DNA of 64,000 nt from NCBI GenBank assembly GCA_018816245.1, contig JAHIVW010000003.1:45195-109194 (forward strand), in the 5' to 3' direction. Source of the DNA: Nanobdellota archaeon (GTDB lineage: Archaea; Aenigmatarchaeota; Aenigmatarchaeia; QMZP01). The notes below the pieces were generated by a model that was given only the letters and a program-made list of their open reading frames with translations, did no database searches and was not told the DNA's origin. Shown here in pieces: positions 47,723-57,668 of this stretch (position 1 is the first letter of the stretch; every line of letters begins with the position of its first letter). Position numbers and translations under genes: made by a program.

Positions 47723-48376
47723 TCACCTGCTCCGCAGGACGTTGATTCGCTTGCAATATGGCCGGATGGCGCAGCGGGAGCACCAGGGACTGGTTGGATG
47801 GCAGATATTCTGTCCCCAAGTCACCAACACATCATTATACACGATCCAGTGTTTCTTAGGTAATTTCTTTCGTAACGCAAACTCGGTCTGCTCCGGTGTT
47901 TTTGTTTTTACGTATCCTAAACGATTTGAAATTCGGTGCACGTGGGTGTCAACACAGATGCCTAATTTATTGTAGCCAAGCGTCACCACAAGATTCGCTG
48001 TCTTTCTTCCAACACCAGGAAATTTCAGCAGCTCGTCGATGGTGTTCGGTATGTTTCCACTATATTCATCGAGCAGAATGCTGCATACTTCATGCAACCG
48101 CTTCGCTTTCGCCTTGTAGAATCCGACGGGATAGATCAGTTTCTCAAGTTTTGAAATGGGAAGCTTCACGATAGCATGTGGTGTTCGTGCAACCGCAAAC
48201 AGCCGTTTCGACGCAGCGGCTGTTGTTGCATCCTTTGTACGCAACGACAACAACGTTGACACCAAGACCCGAAACGGATTCCGGTGCCATGAATACTGTG
48301 TTACAATCGGCGTGACCAGGAATTTTGTTTCGCGTTTCAGAATCCTGATAACCGTGTCAACGTTCGTATTGTCCAT
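47723..48376 (-). CDS. nth: Endonuclease III
   Basis: HhH LLKFPGVGRKTA, VDTHVHR, C......C..C.....C 4Fe-4S motif. Confidence 0.94.
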   Translation of the reverse strand: MDNTNVDTVIRILKRETKFLVTPIVTQYSWHRNPFRVLVSTLLSLRTKDATTAAASKRLFAVARTPHAIVKLPISKLEKLIYPVGFYKAKAKRLHEVCSILLDEYSGNIPNTIDELLKFPGVGRKTANLVVTLGYNKLGICVDTHVHRISNRLGYVKTKTPEQTEFALRKKLPKKHWIVYNDVLVTWGQNICHPTSPWCSRCAIRPYCKRINVLRSR

Positions 48377-48442
48377 ACGCACACCGCTGTATTCACTTCT
48401 CGTCAGAGAATATTATTAAAATAATCAATACTAAATTTGTAT

Positions 48443-49120
48443 ATGGAAATAATACAAGGAATTCGCGGAGAAGCGTATGAAACCGGGTATGATATTCTTC
48501 AAGAGAGGGGAGCTTCTCTCGTTCCTGTATGCCCTGGCAATGGCCATTTTAATGCAAAAACAATTGACGAATTAATCAGAATAGCTTCTGAAAACTTCTC
48601 TGTGGTCATCATTTTCATCCCAGATAAACCAACAGAGCATACCTATCGAGCAATGGGATACACAGACGCAAAAGCCAAGCAAAAAGCCCGTCACCAAGGG
48701 AATAATCTCAGGAACAATACTATGAGAAGCATTGATAAAATAAGAGAGATTCGAGGGATCACCGTCCCCAAAATCATTAACTGGGTCAATGATGTTGAAT
48801 CGCAAAACACATTCCAAGAGGAACTAAGAAAATTAAAGCAATTATACCATCAAAATGTTGCGTTCCATCAATTAGTTCGAAATGAAACACATTCTGTAAT
48901 AAAAGAAAGAACATCAGAGGAGAATGATGTGCAAACCAGAATTGATGAAGGAATTAATTATGTGTTAGAAGAATTAGCATGGTTGACCACAAGCCCATCT
49001 CTTCTTGGGGTTTCCCACCTTGCCTACATCTATCATAAAGAATGGTTTCTTGATGATTTTATTGCAGGAAAATACGATGGGACGAAGAAAGAAAATCTCG
49101 GCTTTGTTATCATTCGTTGA
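48443..49120 (+). CDS. tRNA-dependent cyclodipeptide synthase homolog (NYH type)
   Basis: VCPGNGHF (equivalent to GxSxxNxYF), IPD....TY.A.GY, INW, YVLEELA, YH. Confidence 0.78.
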   Translation: MEIIQGIRGEAYETGYDILQERGASLVPVCPGNGHFNAKTIDELIRIASENFSVVIIFIPDKPTEHTYRAMGYTDAKAKQKARHQGNNLRNNTMRSIDKIREIRGITVPKIINWVNDVESQNTFQEELRKLKQLYHQNVAFHQLVRNETHSVIKERTSEENDVQTRIDEGINYVLEELAWLTTSPSLLGVSHLAYIYHKEWFLDDFIAGKYDGTKKENLGFVIIR

Positions 49121-49555
49121 TTACGCAAAGTGCTTCCGCACGTCCAGCAGTTCCAGCGTCTTCCGGTTGCTGAACCCTTCGGTGACCCCGTGCCAGTGGG
49201 CGATCTTCTGTTCGCCGTGCTTCCAGCACAGAAACACCGTGTTCCCGTCTTTCTCATGATAGAAATCAATCAGGCCCGTGTGCACATCCTTCACAATTGC
49301 GCCGGTCTTCTGGATCTCTTCGACGTGCCCCTGAAGCGTGCGTGCCGCCTCTTCCCGTTCGCGAATTTTGGTGGTGTAGAGATGATGATCCACGTTTTTC
49401 TGTTCAGTGACCTCGTTCCCCCAAATGTCGAAGAGCAACCGAATGTCTGCCGTGAGACCGCTGATCCGTTCATTGACGCCAGAAATTTTCTCAAGGGAGT
49501 CTGCCAACTGCGGGATCAAGCTGTTCGCTTCTGAAAGTGTGAAAATTTTTGCCAT
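49121..49555 (-). CDS. DUF2203 family protein
   Basis: FTL.EAN.L.P, VKD...GLIDF, LCWK.GE..I..WH....GF..RK. Confidence 0.85.
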   Translation of the reverse strand: MAKIFTLSEANSLIPQLADSLEKISGVNERISGLTADIRLLFDIWGNEVTEQKNVDHHLYTTKIREREEAARTLQGHVEEIQKTGAIVKDVHTGLIDFYHEKDGNTVFLCWKHGEQKIAHWHGVTEGFSNRKTLELLDVRKHFA

Positions 49556-49649
49556 ACCCCTTTCTAAACGTTGCCTGCAAACCCTCTTAAAGGTTCGCCG
49601 AGGAGTGGCCCGCAAACGCTTTTAACATTCTCCGGCCAATCATTTGCCG

Positions 49650-50540
49650 ATGACAGCCTTCCTGACGATTCTCCGACCGGCAAACGCCCTCATGGCAGTC
49701 CTGGCTGTCTTTGTTGGCGGACTCATCACCATGCAGGCCACGGCTTTCTCATCCCTTTCCCTTGGATTGGCCCTCCTTGCTGCCTTCCTCATCACGGGCG
49801 CCGGCAACGTCATCAACGATTACGTAGACATTGAGGCAGACAAGATCAACAAACCAAAACGGCCGATTCCCTCTGGCCGGATTTCTCCCAAAGGAGCGCT
49901 TACCTACGCCATCACCCTGTTTTTGGTTGGCATTGCGCTTGCAAGCCAGGTCAATCTCGTTGTCCTCCTGATTGCGGTTATCAACAGTTTAGTCTTGATC
50001 GGCTACGCGATCACCCTCAAACAACGTGCCCTTGTAGGCCATCTCGCGGTCAGCTACCTTGTCGGGTCCACATTCCTCTTCGGTGGTGCTGTGGCAGGGA
50101 ACCTGAAATTGACCTTGATCCTTGCGCTGCTCGCTGGCCTGGCGAACTTCTCCCGGGAAATTATCAAAGCCCTTGAAGATGTTGAAGGCGACCGCGCCCA
50201 TTTTCTGAAGCGTATGGTGAAGAAAGTTAGGAAAGAGATCGCTTCCCGGTTCAAGCTGAAAGGCGACAAAGTCGAACTTACCTACGGGAAACGTGTCCAC
50301 CTGACCCTCGCAACCCTGTCACTCTTGCTGGCGATTCTCATTTCCCTGATACCGCTCCTGCTGCACATCCTGAACGAATCCTATCTCATTCCAGTAATGC
50401 TCGCCGATGTGGTCTTCATTGCAGCCATGATCCGGTTTCTCCGCGCCAAAAAACCAAAGGATTACAGGAAGGCGAGCAAGTGGATCAAATACGGGATGTT
50501 CCTGGGATTGATCGCGTTCATCGTGGGCGCGCTCGTGTAA
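49650..50540 (+). CDS. Digeranylgeranylglyceryl phosphate synthase (UbiA family)
   Basis: GNVINDY.D.E.D.INKPKRPIPSG; REIIK..EDVEGD. Confidence 0.85.
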   Translation: MTAFLTILRPANALMAVLAVFVGGLITMQATAFSSLSLGLALLAAFLITGAGNVINDYVDIEADKINKPKRPIPSGRISPKGALTYAITLFLVGIALASQVNLVVLLIAVINSLVLIGYAITLKQRALVGHLAVSYLVGSTFLFGGAVAGNLKLTLILALLAGLANFSREIIKALEDVEGDRAHFLKRMVKKVRKEIASRFKLKGDKVELTYGKRVHLTLATLSLLLAILISLIPLLLHILNESYLIPVMLADVVFIAAMIRFLRAKKPKDYRKASKWIKYGMFLGLIAFIVGALV

Positions 50541-50576
50541 TTTCCTTATATAGATTTGAATCAATAATTATTCTCT

Positions 50577-51026
50577 ATGAGGGGGCGGTTCAGACAGCGT
50601 CGTTGGGATAGCACTGTTACGCGGGCCCTTCTGATCGTTGCGTTGCTTGCTGTTATCTTTCTAGGAACTTTCGCTGTTGGCAATGTTGCTTCTGATGTTG
50701 CTGCAGGACAGTTCAGCTTGTGGGATTTGTTCTCTGGGCGAGCCTTCCGTGCTTCACCTACGCCGGTTGGTGTTCAGGGATTTGGCTACGTGTTTACGGT
50801 GGACGGGGTCATGAACAGCGCCCTGCCCATCTTGGATACAACACAACTCTATACTCCGGAAGAGGCAGCAACAAGCTACGCTGAAGCGCTCCAGAGCGGG
50901 ACAAGCCTGTCATTTGTGTGCGGTCCGTTTGAAAACACTAACGAGAAGTACTGTTTGCGTGTTCTCCCGGAAATCCAAACCGAAATGGTTGAAGCAGTCC
51001 TCGAAGGCATGAGGAGGAGCATCTAA
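50577..51026 (+). CDS. Membrane-anchored hypothetical protein
   Basis: Basic N-terminus plus TM; coupled to the next gene. Confidence 0.6.
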   Translation: MRGRFRQRRWDSTVTRALLIVALLAVIFLGTFAVGNVASDVAAGQFSLWDLFSGRAFRASPTPVGVQGFGYVFTVDGVMNSALPILDTTQLYTPEEAATSYAEALQSGTSLSFVCGPFENTNEKYCLRVLPEIQTEMVEAVLEGMRRSI

Positions 51027-51027
51027 C

Positions 51028-52506
51028 ATGCAGCCAAAAAAACTTTCCCTCCTGCTTATAATTGTTGTCGTTGTCGCTGGACTCGGGGTTTCCCTTGGGT
51101 TCAGAACAACCACCGTTGCTGCTGATGGTGGTGTGTGGGATGTTGTGGTTGATGAAGTTGTCAGTCAAGTGAATACCCCTGGTCGTGCCATTACAACAAT
51201 CGTCTCTTTACCGCTTGCTGCAGCAAGTGAAGCAGCTGGGATTGTTTCTGGTCTCAATTCACTGGGAGCCTGTTTTGGAATTGCCGAACAGTGCTCTGAA
51301 GATGATGGAAACAGCGGCTTTTTTACTAAAGCTGCGGGTGCTGTCAGTACCTGTTTGTGTGCACCCAAGACAGCTGCCTCCTACACCATTGATCAACTTG
51401 TTACCGGAGGGATTGTTGGTTGTGGAACCGATAGCTCAAGCGGCATGTGCAGTGGGCTCTGCGGACCAGGGACCGAATGTGCCCTTCAAAGCGTGTCGCT
51501 CCCGTTTCTCGGCGACGTTGCCTTATGGTGCGGGTGTCTGCCGAAAGATAGTATCACCGGGGGGGTTACATCTCCAAGAACCCCAGGAGGCAATCCCAAT
51601 GCAAAGGAGTGCGAAGCATCGTATTTGGGGAGCAATCGGAAGATGATGTTAGAACTTGCCATGTCAGGCATGCCATTGGACCAGATTAACGATCTTCTCG
51701 AGAGCGGCCTACTCGAACAAGCAGTCTGTAGTATCCGATACTGTCCAACCGAAGAATGTTCGGAAGCTCCCACGTGTGTCTATTATGGTGAAGGATGGTG
51801 TGATTGTCCAGGCTGTGGTAAATGGGAAGAGACCGATCCAGGCACAACAACGCCAACTGGGAATCCTAACCCAGGGACAGGTCCGATCACCCCACCAGCA
51901 ACCCCAACTCCCCCAACGCCGCCTCCCGGTCCAACTCCCGGTCCTGTCACCGGTGGTGGAACACCCCCAACCACCCCTCCTCCACCGAGTGGCATTCTGT
52001 GCCCTCAAAAGACACTGAAGTCAGTAGAACTCGAATTGCTTGATCTCATAACGAGTGGGGGAAATATGAATGATTACCTTGTTGATACGGATCCTGATCC
52101 TGACGTATTCAATTTCGAGATCGATGAAGAACACGTCTTCAATGACGCATGTGCCAAAGCAAAGTGTGACAAACCTGAAGAAACGTGTCAGTGGGCCGGA
52201 GGAGGTTCAACAAGTTCCAATCTCTGCATCTGCGAAGGAGGTTCCTGCGGCAACGATGAAGTTGTTTCTGACCCGAATGGCGGTGTTCCAACAGGACCTG
52301 AACCTGACCCGGTTGCGGTCTGCATTGTTGACGAATACCATCCTGAATATGATCTCATTGACGTGTGTTCACCAAAAGGAGGGTGTACGTATCCCCTCCC
52401 ACCAGCATCGTTCCGCATTCTTGTCGCCCCGTACGCGCCACCATGGGCAGATACTGGAACAGCTGGCTCGAGTTCTTCCACTGAGCCAGGAACTGTTCCG
52501 GAATGA
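51028..52506 (+). CDS. Cys-rich, Pro/Thr-linker secreted/surface protein
   Basis: Signal/TM, about 28 Cys, PT-rich linker. Confidence 0.7.
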   Translation: MQPKKLSLLLIIVVVVAGLGVSLGFRTTTVAADGGVWDVVVDEVVSQVNTPGRAITTIVSLPLAAASEAAGIVSGLNSLGACFGIAEQCSEDDGNSGFFTKAAGAVSTCLCAPKTAASYTIDQLVTGGIVGCGTDSSSGMCSGLCGPGTECALQSVSLPFLGDVALWCGCLPKDSITGGVTSPRTPGGNPNAKECEASYLGSNRKMMLELAMSGMPLDQINDLLESGLLEQAVCSIRYCPTEECSEAPTCVYYGEGWCDCPGCGKWEETDPGTTTPTGNPNPGTGPITPPATPTPPTPPPGPTPGPVTGGGTPPTTPPPPSGILCPQKTLKSVELELLDLITSGGNMNDYLVDTDPDPDVFNFEIDEEHVFNDACAKAKCDKPEETCQWAGGGSTSSNLCICEGGSCGNDEVVSDPNGGVPTGPEPDPVAVCIVDEYHPEYDLIDVCSPKGGCTYPLPPASFRILVAPYAPPWADTGTAGSSSSTEPGTVPE

Positions 52507-52575
52507 CCCCGCTGGGAATCGAACCCAGATCAAAGGCTCCGCAAGCCCCCATTCTATCCGTTAAACTACGGGGTC
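52504..52575 (-). tRNA. tRNA-Arg(GCG)
   Basis: GACCCCG/CGGGGTC-A; GGGGC-TT-GCG-GA-GCCTT; TTCGATT. Confidence 0.92.
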
Positions 52576-52608
52576 GCTACAACTGTTGTGCAGCAGCGGG
52601 TTTAAAAC

Positions 52609-53784
52609 CTACGAAATCACCTTGAGGTCGCGCCCGACTTTCTTGAAGGCGTCGAGTGCTTCGTCCAGGTCTTCTTTCGTGTGCTGCGCCGTCACCATGG
52701 TGCGGATGCGCGCCTTGTCCTTGGCGACGAGTGGGAACACGATCGGCTTGGCCCACACGCCGTGCTCGAACAGCGCCTTGCTGAACCGCTGTGCAACAGA
52801 CGATTCCCCGAGCATCACCGGTGTGATCGGGGTCTTTGAGTTGCCTGTGTCAAATCCAAGTGACTGGAGCTGCTCTTTTAAGTAGTTTCTATTCTCCCAC
52901 AGCTGTTTCAAGTGGTGCGGTTCATCCTGGATCATCGTAAGCGCTTCTGAACACGCCGCAATGGTTGCCGGTGGATGCCCGGTCGTGAAGATAAACGACC
53001 GCGCGCGGTTCACGAGGTAGTCCGTGAGTTCTGGTTCCCCGGCAATGTATCCGCCGATGCACCCGAACGCCTTGGAGAATGTTCCCATGTCAATGTCCAC
53101 GCGGCCTTCCAGCTTGTAGTGACTGATAATCCCGCGGCCATCCTTGCCGAGCACGCCATCACCATGTGCGTCATCAACCATGGTGACCGCACCATACTGT
53201 TCGGCAAGCTCAACGATCTGGTCCAGTGGTGCAATGTCCCCATCCATGGAGAAGACCCCGTCAGTAACCACTAAGATACGCCGTGCTCCTTTGGACGCTT
53301 CCAGCGCCTGCTTCAGTTCGTCCATGTTGCCATGCTGATAAATCTTTCGGTCTGCCTTGGTCAACCGGACACCGTCGATGATGGAGCCGTGGTTCAGTTC
53401 ATCGGAAATAATTACGTCGCCTTTGTCGAACAGCGCTTGGATTGTTCCCCGGTTCGCGGCAATCCCGGCCGTAAACATCAATGCTGACTTCGTCTCCTTG
53501 TAGACAGCAAGCTGCTTCTCGAAATCCATATGGATGTCCATGGTCCCGGCAATCTGGCGTACGGCACCCGTGCCGAATCCCCATTTGTCGATTGCGCGTT
53601 TTGCTGCTTCCCGGATCCGCGGATTGTTTGCAAACCCGAGATAGTTATTGGAACAGAGCATAATCACTTTTTTTCCGTTTAGAGTGACACGCGCTGCCTG
53701 CTCAGTACTCATCACCGGTAATGTCGTGAACAAGTTCTGTTCTTTCAAGCTGTTGATCTCATCTTTCAGAAAGTCAAGTGCCAT
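52609..53784 (-). CDS. kbl: Glycine C-acetyltransferase (2-amino-3-ketobutyrate CoA ligase)
   Basis: CSNNYLG, SDELNHGSIIDG, DGVFSMDG, DDAHG, GTFSKA; divergent from tdh. Confidence 0.9.
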   Translation of the reverse strand: MALDFLKDEINSLKEQNLFTTLPVMSTEQAARVTLNGKKVIMLCSNNYLGFANNPRIREAAKRAIDKWGFGTGAVRQIAGTMDIHMDFEKQLAVYKETKSALMFTAGIAANRGTIQALFDKGDVIISDELNHGSIIDGVRLTKADRKIYQHGNMDELKQALEASKGARRILVVTDGVFSMDGDIAPLDQIVELAEQYGAVTMVDDAHGDGVLGKDGRGIISHYKLEGRVDIDMGTFSKAFGCIGGYIAGEPELTDYLVNRARSFIFTTGHPPATIAACSEALTMIQDEPHHLKQLWENRNYLKEQLQSLGFDTGNSKTPITPVMLGESSVAQRFSKALFEHGVWAKPIVFPLVAKDKARIRTMVTAQHTKEDLDEALDAFKKVGRDLKVIS

Positions 53785-53898
53785 AAAATCCACCTCACCA
53801 AGCACTACCCGCGGAGGTTTAAATGAGTATGCTTCGCTATCTGACGAACTCAACCGAACGGAGATTTAAAGCTCCAACCAAAGCATACTCTGATTTCC

Positions 53899-54933
53899 AT
53901 GCAGGCAGTACGAAAACTCTCCCCCCAACCAGGGTTCGAACTCGTTGATATTCCAGAACCAACGCCAGGACCGCGCGACCTTCTTGTTAAGGTCCGCGCG
54001 ACATCCATGTGCGGCACTGATGTGCACATCTACAATTGGGACCCTCCGTGGTCCACCGGGCGGATGTCCCCACCGAAAACAATTGGTCATGAAGTATGTG
54101 GTGAAGTCATCGAGCTCGGGAGTGACATTACCGGCTTCGAGGTCGGTGATCTGATATCCGCAGAGTCGCACATCTTTGACGACACATGCGATCTCTGCAA
54201 AACAAACAACAAGCACATCTGCCGGAACGTCAAGTTCTATTCCATTGACACCGATGGCTTCTGGGCAGAATACGCGCTCATTCCTGTTGTCTCTGCATGG
54301 AAAAATCCCAAGGACATGAATCCGGAAATCGCAACCTTGCAGGAATCCATGGGAAACTCTGTCTACACGGTTGCTGCGAGCAATGTCAAAGACAAGGACG
54401 TTGCTATTTTCGGTCTTGGACCAACAGGGTTGTTTTCTGTTGGGATCGCGAAAGCGCTCGGCGCCAAGACCGTGTACGCGGTCGCTGGCTCAAAAATCCA
54501 TCTCGACATTGCCAAGAAGATGGGCGCTGATGTGATTATCAACCGGCACGATGGCAATCCCGAACAAGTGATCATGGACGCGACGGACAAGCTCGGCGTT
54601 GATGTGTCGTTGGAAATGGCAGGCAAGGACGTTGCCCTGCAGCAAGCACTCAATGTCCTGAAACCGACCGGCCAGGTGACGATCCTCGGGTTACCAACCA
54701 AGGAAATCTCTCTTGATGTCTCCAAGCAGATCGTGATGAAAGACGTCACGGTGCGCGGTATCTACGGCCGCCGTATCTGGGAAACCTGGGAGCTCACCAC
54801 CAAACTCCTTCGTGACGGCCTTGATATCTCTCCCATCATCACCCACAAGCTTCCGCTGAGCAAATTCCAAGAAGGCATTGACGCCATGAAGTCAGGAGAA
54901 AGCGGCAAAGTCGTGATGTTTCCGGGAAAATAA
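53899..54933 (+). CDS. tdh: L-threonine 3-dehydrogenase
   Basis: CGTDVHIYNWD, GHE, ESHI, GIYGR...ETW. Confidence 0.9.
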   Translation: MQAVRKLSPQPGFELVDIPEPTPGPRDLLVKVRATSMCGTDVHIYNWDPPWSTGRMSPPKTIGHEVCGEVIELGSDITGFEVGDLISAESHIFDDTCDLCKTNNKHICRNVKFYSIDTDGFWAEYALIPVVSAWKNPKDMNPEIATLQESMGNSVYTVAASNVKDKDVAIFGLGPTGLFSVGIAKALGAKTVYAVAGSKIHLDIAKKMGADVIINRHDGNPEQVIMDATDKLGVDVSLEMAGKDVALQQALNVLKPTGQVTILGLPTKEISLDVSKQIVMKDVTVRGIYGRRIWETWELTTKLLRDGLDISPIITHKLPLSKFQEGIDAMKSGESGKVVMFPGK

Positions 54934-54934
54934 A

Positions 54935-55630
54935 TTAGAGCACGCCGAAGAGCAACCCAATCGAATACCCTGCGCCAGCAGCGAGCATCCCGACAACCAT
55001 CATCTCAAGGGCGCCAACAACAACATTCGTCTTCGCCAACCGCGATTTCATGCTACCGAACACCAGCAACCCTCCCATGGTCAATACGAACGCAACTAAT
55101 AGCGCAGTCACACCCTCGAACACAAGGAACGGGGCAAGCGTAACAAGCCCACCGGGAACGAACGCGAGCGCGATCGCAGCCGCCGCCTTCCACGAGCACT
55201 CCGTTGGTTTGCTCATGTTCAGCTCGCCTTCCATCATGGCGTTGATCCACACCTGTTTGTTGGAGGTAACGAGCTTCACCATCTGGTCAAGCTGTTTTCC
55301 CTTGAATCCCCTGGCCCGGTAGATGTCTCGAATTTCCTTGCGTTCAATGGCAGGCTGATGGTCAATCTCCCACGCTTCGCGGGCAGCCTCCCGCTTATAC
55401 AGTTCCCGCTCTGATTTGGTCGACAGGTACGTTCCTGCGGCCATGGAAACTGCCCCGGAAAACATTCCCGCAAGCCCGGCAAGGAGCACGACCATGTTCC
55501 CAGCAGCAGCCCCGCTCACTCCGGCCACGATCCCGAGCGTTGAGATCAAGCCGTCCTCAACACCGAAGACAATCTCACGGAGGTAGGTCCGGCTCCTCAA
55601 TGACGAATGCGCCTCTTTATGGAGGTTCAT
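54935..55630 (-). CDS. VIT1/CCC1 family metal transporter
   Basis: REIVFG.EDGL, SMAAG.YLS.KSE. Confidence 0.9.
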   Translation of the reverse strand: MNLHKEAHSSLRSRTYLREIVFGVEDGLISTLGIVAGVSGAAAGNMVVLLAGLAGMFSGAVSMAAGTYLSTKSERELYKREAAREAWEIDHQPAIERKEIRDIYRARGFKGKQLDQMVKLVTSNKQVWINAMMEGELNMSKPTECSWKAAAAIALAFVPGGLVTLAPFLVFEGVTALLVAFVLTMGGLLVFGSMKSRLAKTNVVVGALEMMVVGMLAAGAGYSIGLLFGVL

Positions 55631-55681
55631 TACTCTCTTCTTGGGTGAGGATAATAAAATGCCTGCATCCAAGAAAACCGT

Positions 55682-55990
55682 ATGGTCGTCTCCATCTCTG
55701 TCACCTGCGCTTCTGAAGAGGAGGCCACGAAGCTTGCGAAGACCCTTGTTCAGGAAAAGCTCGCAGCCTGTGCCAGCATTATCCCGAGCGTGACCTCGGT
55801 CTACTGGTGGAAGAAGGAGCTCCACGAGGACCAGGAAGTATTAATGATTGTGAAAACAAAGAAATCCACAGCACCTGCTGTCACGAAGCGCATCAAGGAT
55901 CTCCACTCCTACGAGTTTCCCGTGATCACGGTCACCACTGTTGAAACCGATGATGCGGTTGCCCAGTGGGTGGAGGAGTGTGTCACATGA
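55682..55990 (+). CDS. cutA: Divalent-cation tolerance protein CutA
   Basis: LAAC, S.Y.W, KT, LHSYE.P. Confidence 0.92.
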   Translation: MVVSISVTCASEEEATKLAKTLVQEKLAACASIIPSVTSVYWWKKELHEDQEVLMIVKTKKSTAPAVTKRIKDLHSYEFPVITVTTVETDDAVAQWVEECVT

Positions 55991-56331
55991 GTAAGAAAAC
56001 CGTGTATGCGCTATTCTCCCGGCTCAATCGCAAGCACAAGATTCACATCAGCAAGTTTGTTCTCGATCAGGGTGCTATCCCGAGCTTCCCGACAATTGTT
56101 GAAGACTTCTACAACACCAAGCCACTCACAACGGTTGAAACCATTGCCGAACGCAAAGATGCGATCGTCCGCCGTGCAGACGAAGTCTGGGTGTTCGGGG
56201 AAATCTCTGACGACATCCTTGACGACGTGTTGCTGGCGCGGCGACTGGGAAAGAAACTGCGCTACTTTGATGGGCTGCCGAACATGATTGCAGAAGTGAG
56301 TGAAGGGGATTTGCGTCCTTCAAGTGAATAA
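55987..56331 (+). CDS. Hypothetical protein (nucleoside deoxyribosyltransferase-like fold)
   Basis: VRRADEVWVFGEIS...V..A...GK..RYF. Confidence 0.6.
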   Translation: MSKKTVYALFSRLNRKHKIHISKFVLDQGAIPSFPTIVEDFYNTKPLTTVETIAERKDAIVRRADEVWVFGEISDDILDDVLLARRLGKKLRYFDGLPNMIAEVSEGDLRPSSE

Positions 56332-57099
56332 TTATTTGAGCAACGGTAGAACAAAATGCTCTTTTTGTTCTCTTGTCAAGTGCAAGACATCGGCGATAGC
56401 ATCTTGTTCTGTTTCGCCGTTCGCACCAACAATAATGAGGCCAGGTTTGCTATACGGGTTAATGTCTTTGAGGCCGTACATGGTTGCAAGGACATGAAAT
56501 GATCCGTCTTTATATCGATCTCTTGTCTGTGACAAATCCCGTGGGGCATCATAAAGATGCCGAATCAGTTCATGCATTCCTTCAATGGTGACGTATTCAG
56601 CAAGGCCAGCGAGAAACCGGTCCAGATCTTGTTCTGGATCAAAGCCGAGGTTTGTGATATAATCAGTTCCTCGTTCAACAAGAGGAAGCAACCTCGATCC
56701 TTGGTTGCGAATGCATGGAGGAAGTTCACTCCGCTGGGTAACCGTGTTATATGCAGCCGTGACACCACCGCAATCTGTGTGCCCCTCGATTCCCCCAAGA
56801 ACAGCGTGTTTGACTTCTTCAAGAAAATTCGTACTTTCAACACCATCAAAGAACACGTTTGCTGCTGGTGAACGAACCTCGATAATATGGGGTTGGCCTG
56901 TAGAGAATTCTCCACAACCATACCGGTGTGGAAATGCCGGGAGGCGGGGATCGACACAACAGTTCAGGGCAGCGTACGGGACAACGTGATCCCGTTTTCC
57001 GTCATTGGAAAGGAAAAGGCCCTCATCAAGTTCCACTGGTTCGCCAAGAAGCCGCTGAATAACCTTGTAAGCGATGTCAGGAGTAATCTCGTGTTCCAT
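56332..57099 (-). CDS. Beta-carbonic anhydrase-like protein
   Basis: CVDPR, R...ANV, GHTDCGG zinc ligands. Confidence 0.7.
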   Translation of the reverse strand: MEHEITPDIAYKVIQRLLGEPVELDEGLFLSNDGKRDHVVPYAALNCCVDPRLPAFPHRYGCGEFSTGQPHIIEVRSPAANVFFDGVESTNFLEEVKHAVLGGIEGHTDCGGVTAAYNTVTQRSELPPCIRNQGSRLLPLVERGTDYITNLGFDPEQDLDRFLAGLAEYVTIEGMHELIRHLYDAPRDLSQTRDRYKDGSFHVLATMYGLKDINPYSKPGLIIVGANGETEQDAIADVLHLTREQKEHFVLPLLK

Positions 57100-57179
57100 A
57101 GGATCAATCGGAATAAGATGGGAGTTAAGGAGGGTGGCTTTAAGTAGATTCCCCCTCCCACTCCCACTTGGGGGGTGTG

Positions 57180-57196
57180 TAGTCAAATTTTGACTA
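57180..57196. promoter_or_regulatory. Perfect palindrome TAGTCAAA-T-TTTGACTA in the divergent beta-CA/ATP synthase promoter
   Basis: 8-1-8 inverted repeat adjacent to TTTAAA/TTTATAA boxes. Confidence 0.55.
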
Positions 57197-57321
57197 AAAG
57201 GGTTTTTAAAGTTATCACCCAAGGGTGGTTTATAAAGGTTTGGTCTTCTCCAACTTCGACAATAGCCTTAAATAGCAAGTATCGTATACAATCATGTCCT
57301 CAGCAGAGGACGTTTTTGCCT

Positions 57322-57666
57322 ATGTCTTCAGCGCATCAAGGCTCCGATGTGAAGTCTGACATTCTGCTCCATATCAAGGACGCGGAAGAGCAGGCCCGCA
57401 CCCTCGTGTCCGAGGCGATGGATCGCAAGGATGTGCTGATCCGGGAAGCGGCTGAAAAGGTTGCTGCGTGGGAGGCGAAGGAAGCGGACGAGATCCGCAC
57501 TGCCTTTGCTGACTCACTCAAGAAAGAACTTGACGAGATTCACAACGCGCCTGAGCACTCCCGGAAAGCAAGCTCAGCTGCGACCATCCGCCAGGCAGCG
57601 GAAAAAAAGCGGTCTGCGGCCTTGGACATCCTTTCCAGGGAGTTTGATGTATTGATTACTGGGTAA
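57322..57666 (+). CDS. atpH: A/V-type ATP synthase subunit H (G-like)
   Basis: IL..IK.AE..A..L coiled coil; first gene of the operon. Confidence 0.75.
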   Translation: MSSAHQGSDVKSDILLHIKDAEEQARTLVSEAMDRKDVLIREAAEKVAAWEAKEADEIRTAFADSLKKELDEIHNAPEHSRKASSAATIRQAAEKKRSAALDILSREFDVLITG

Positions 57667-57668
57667 CT

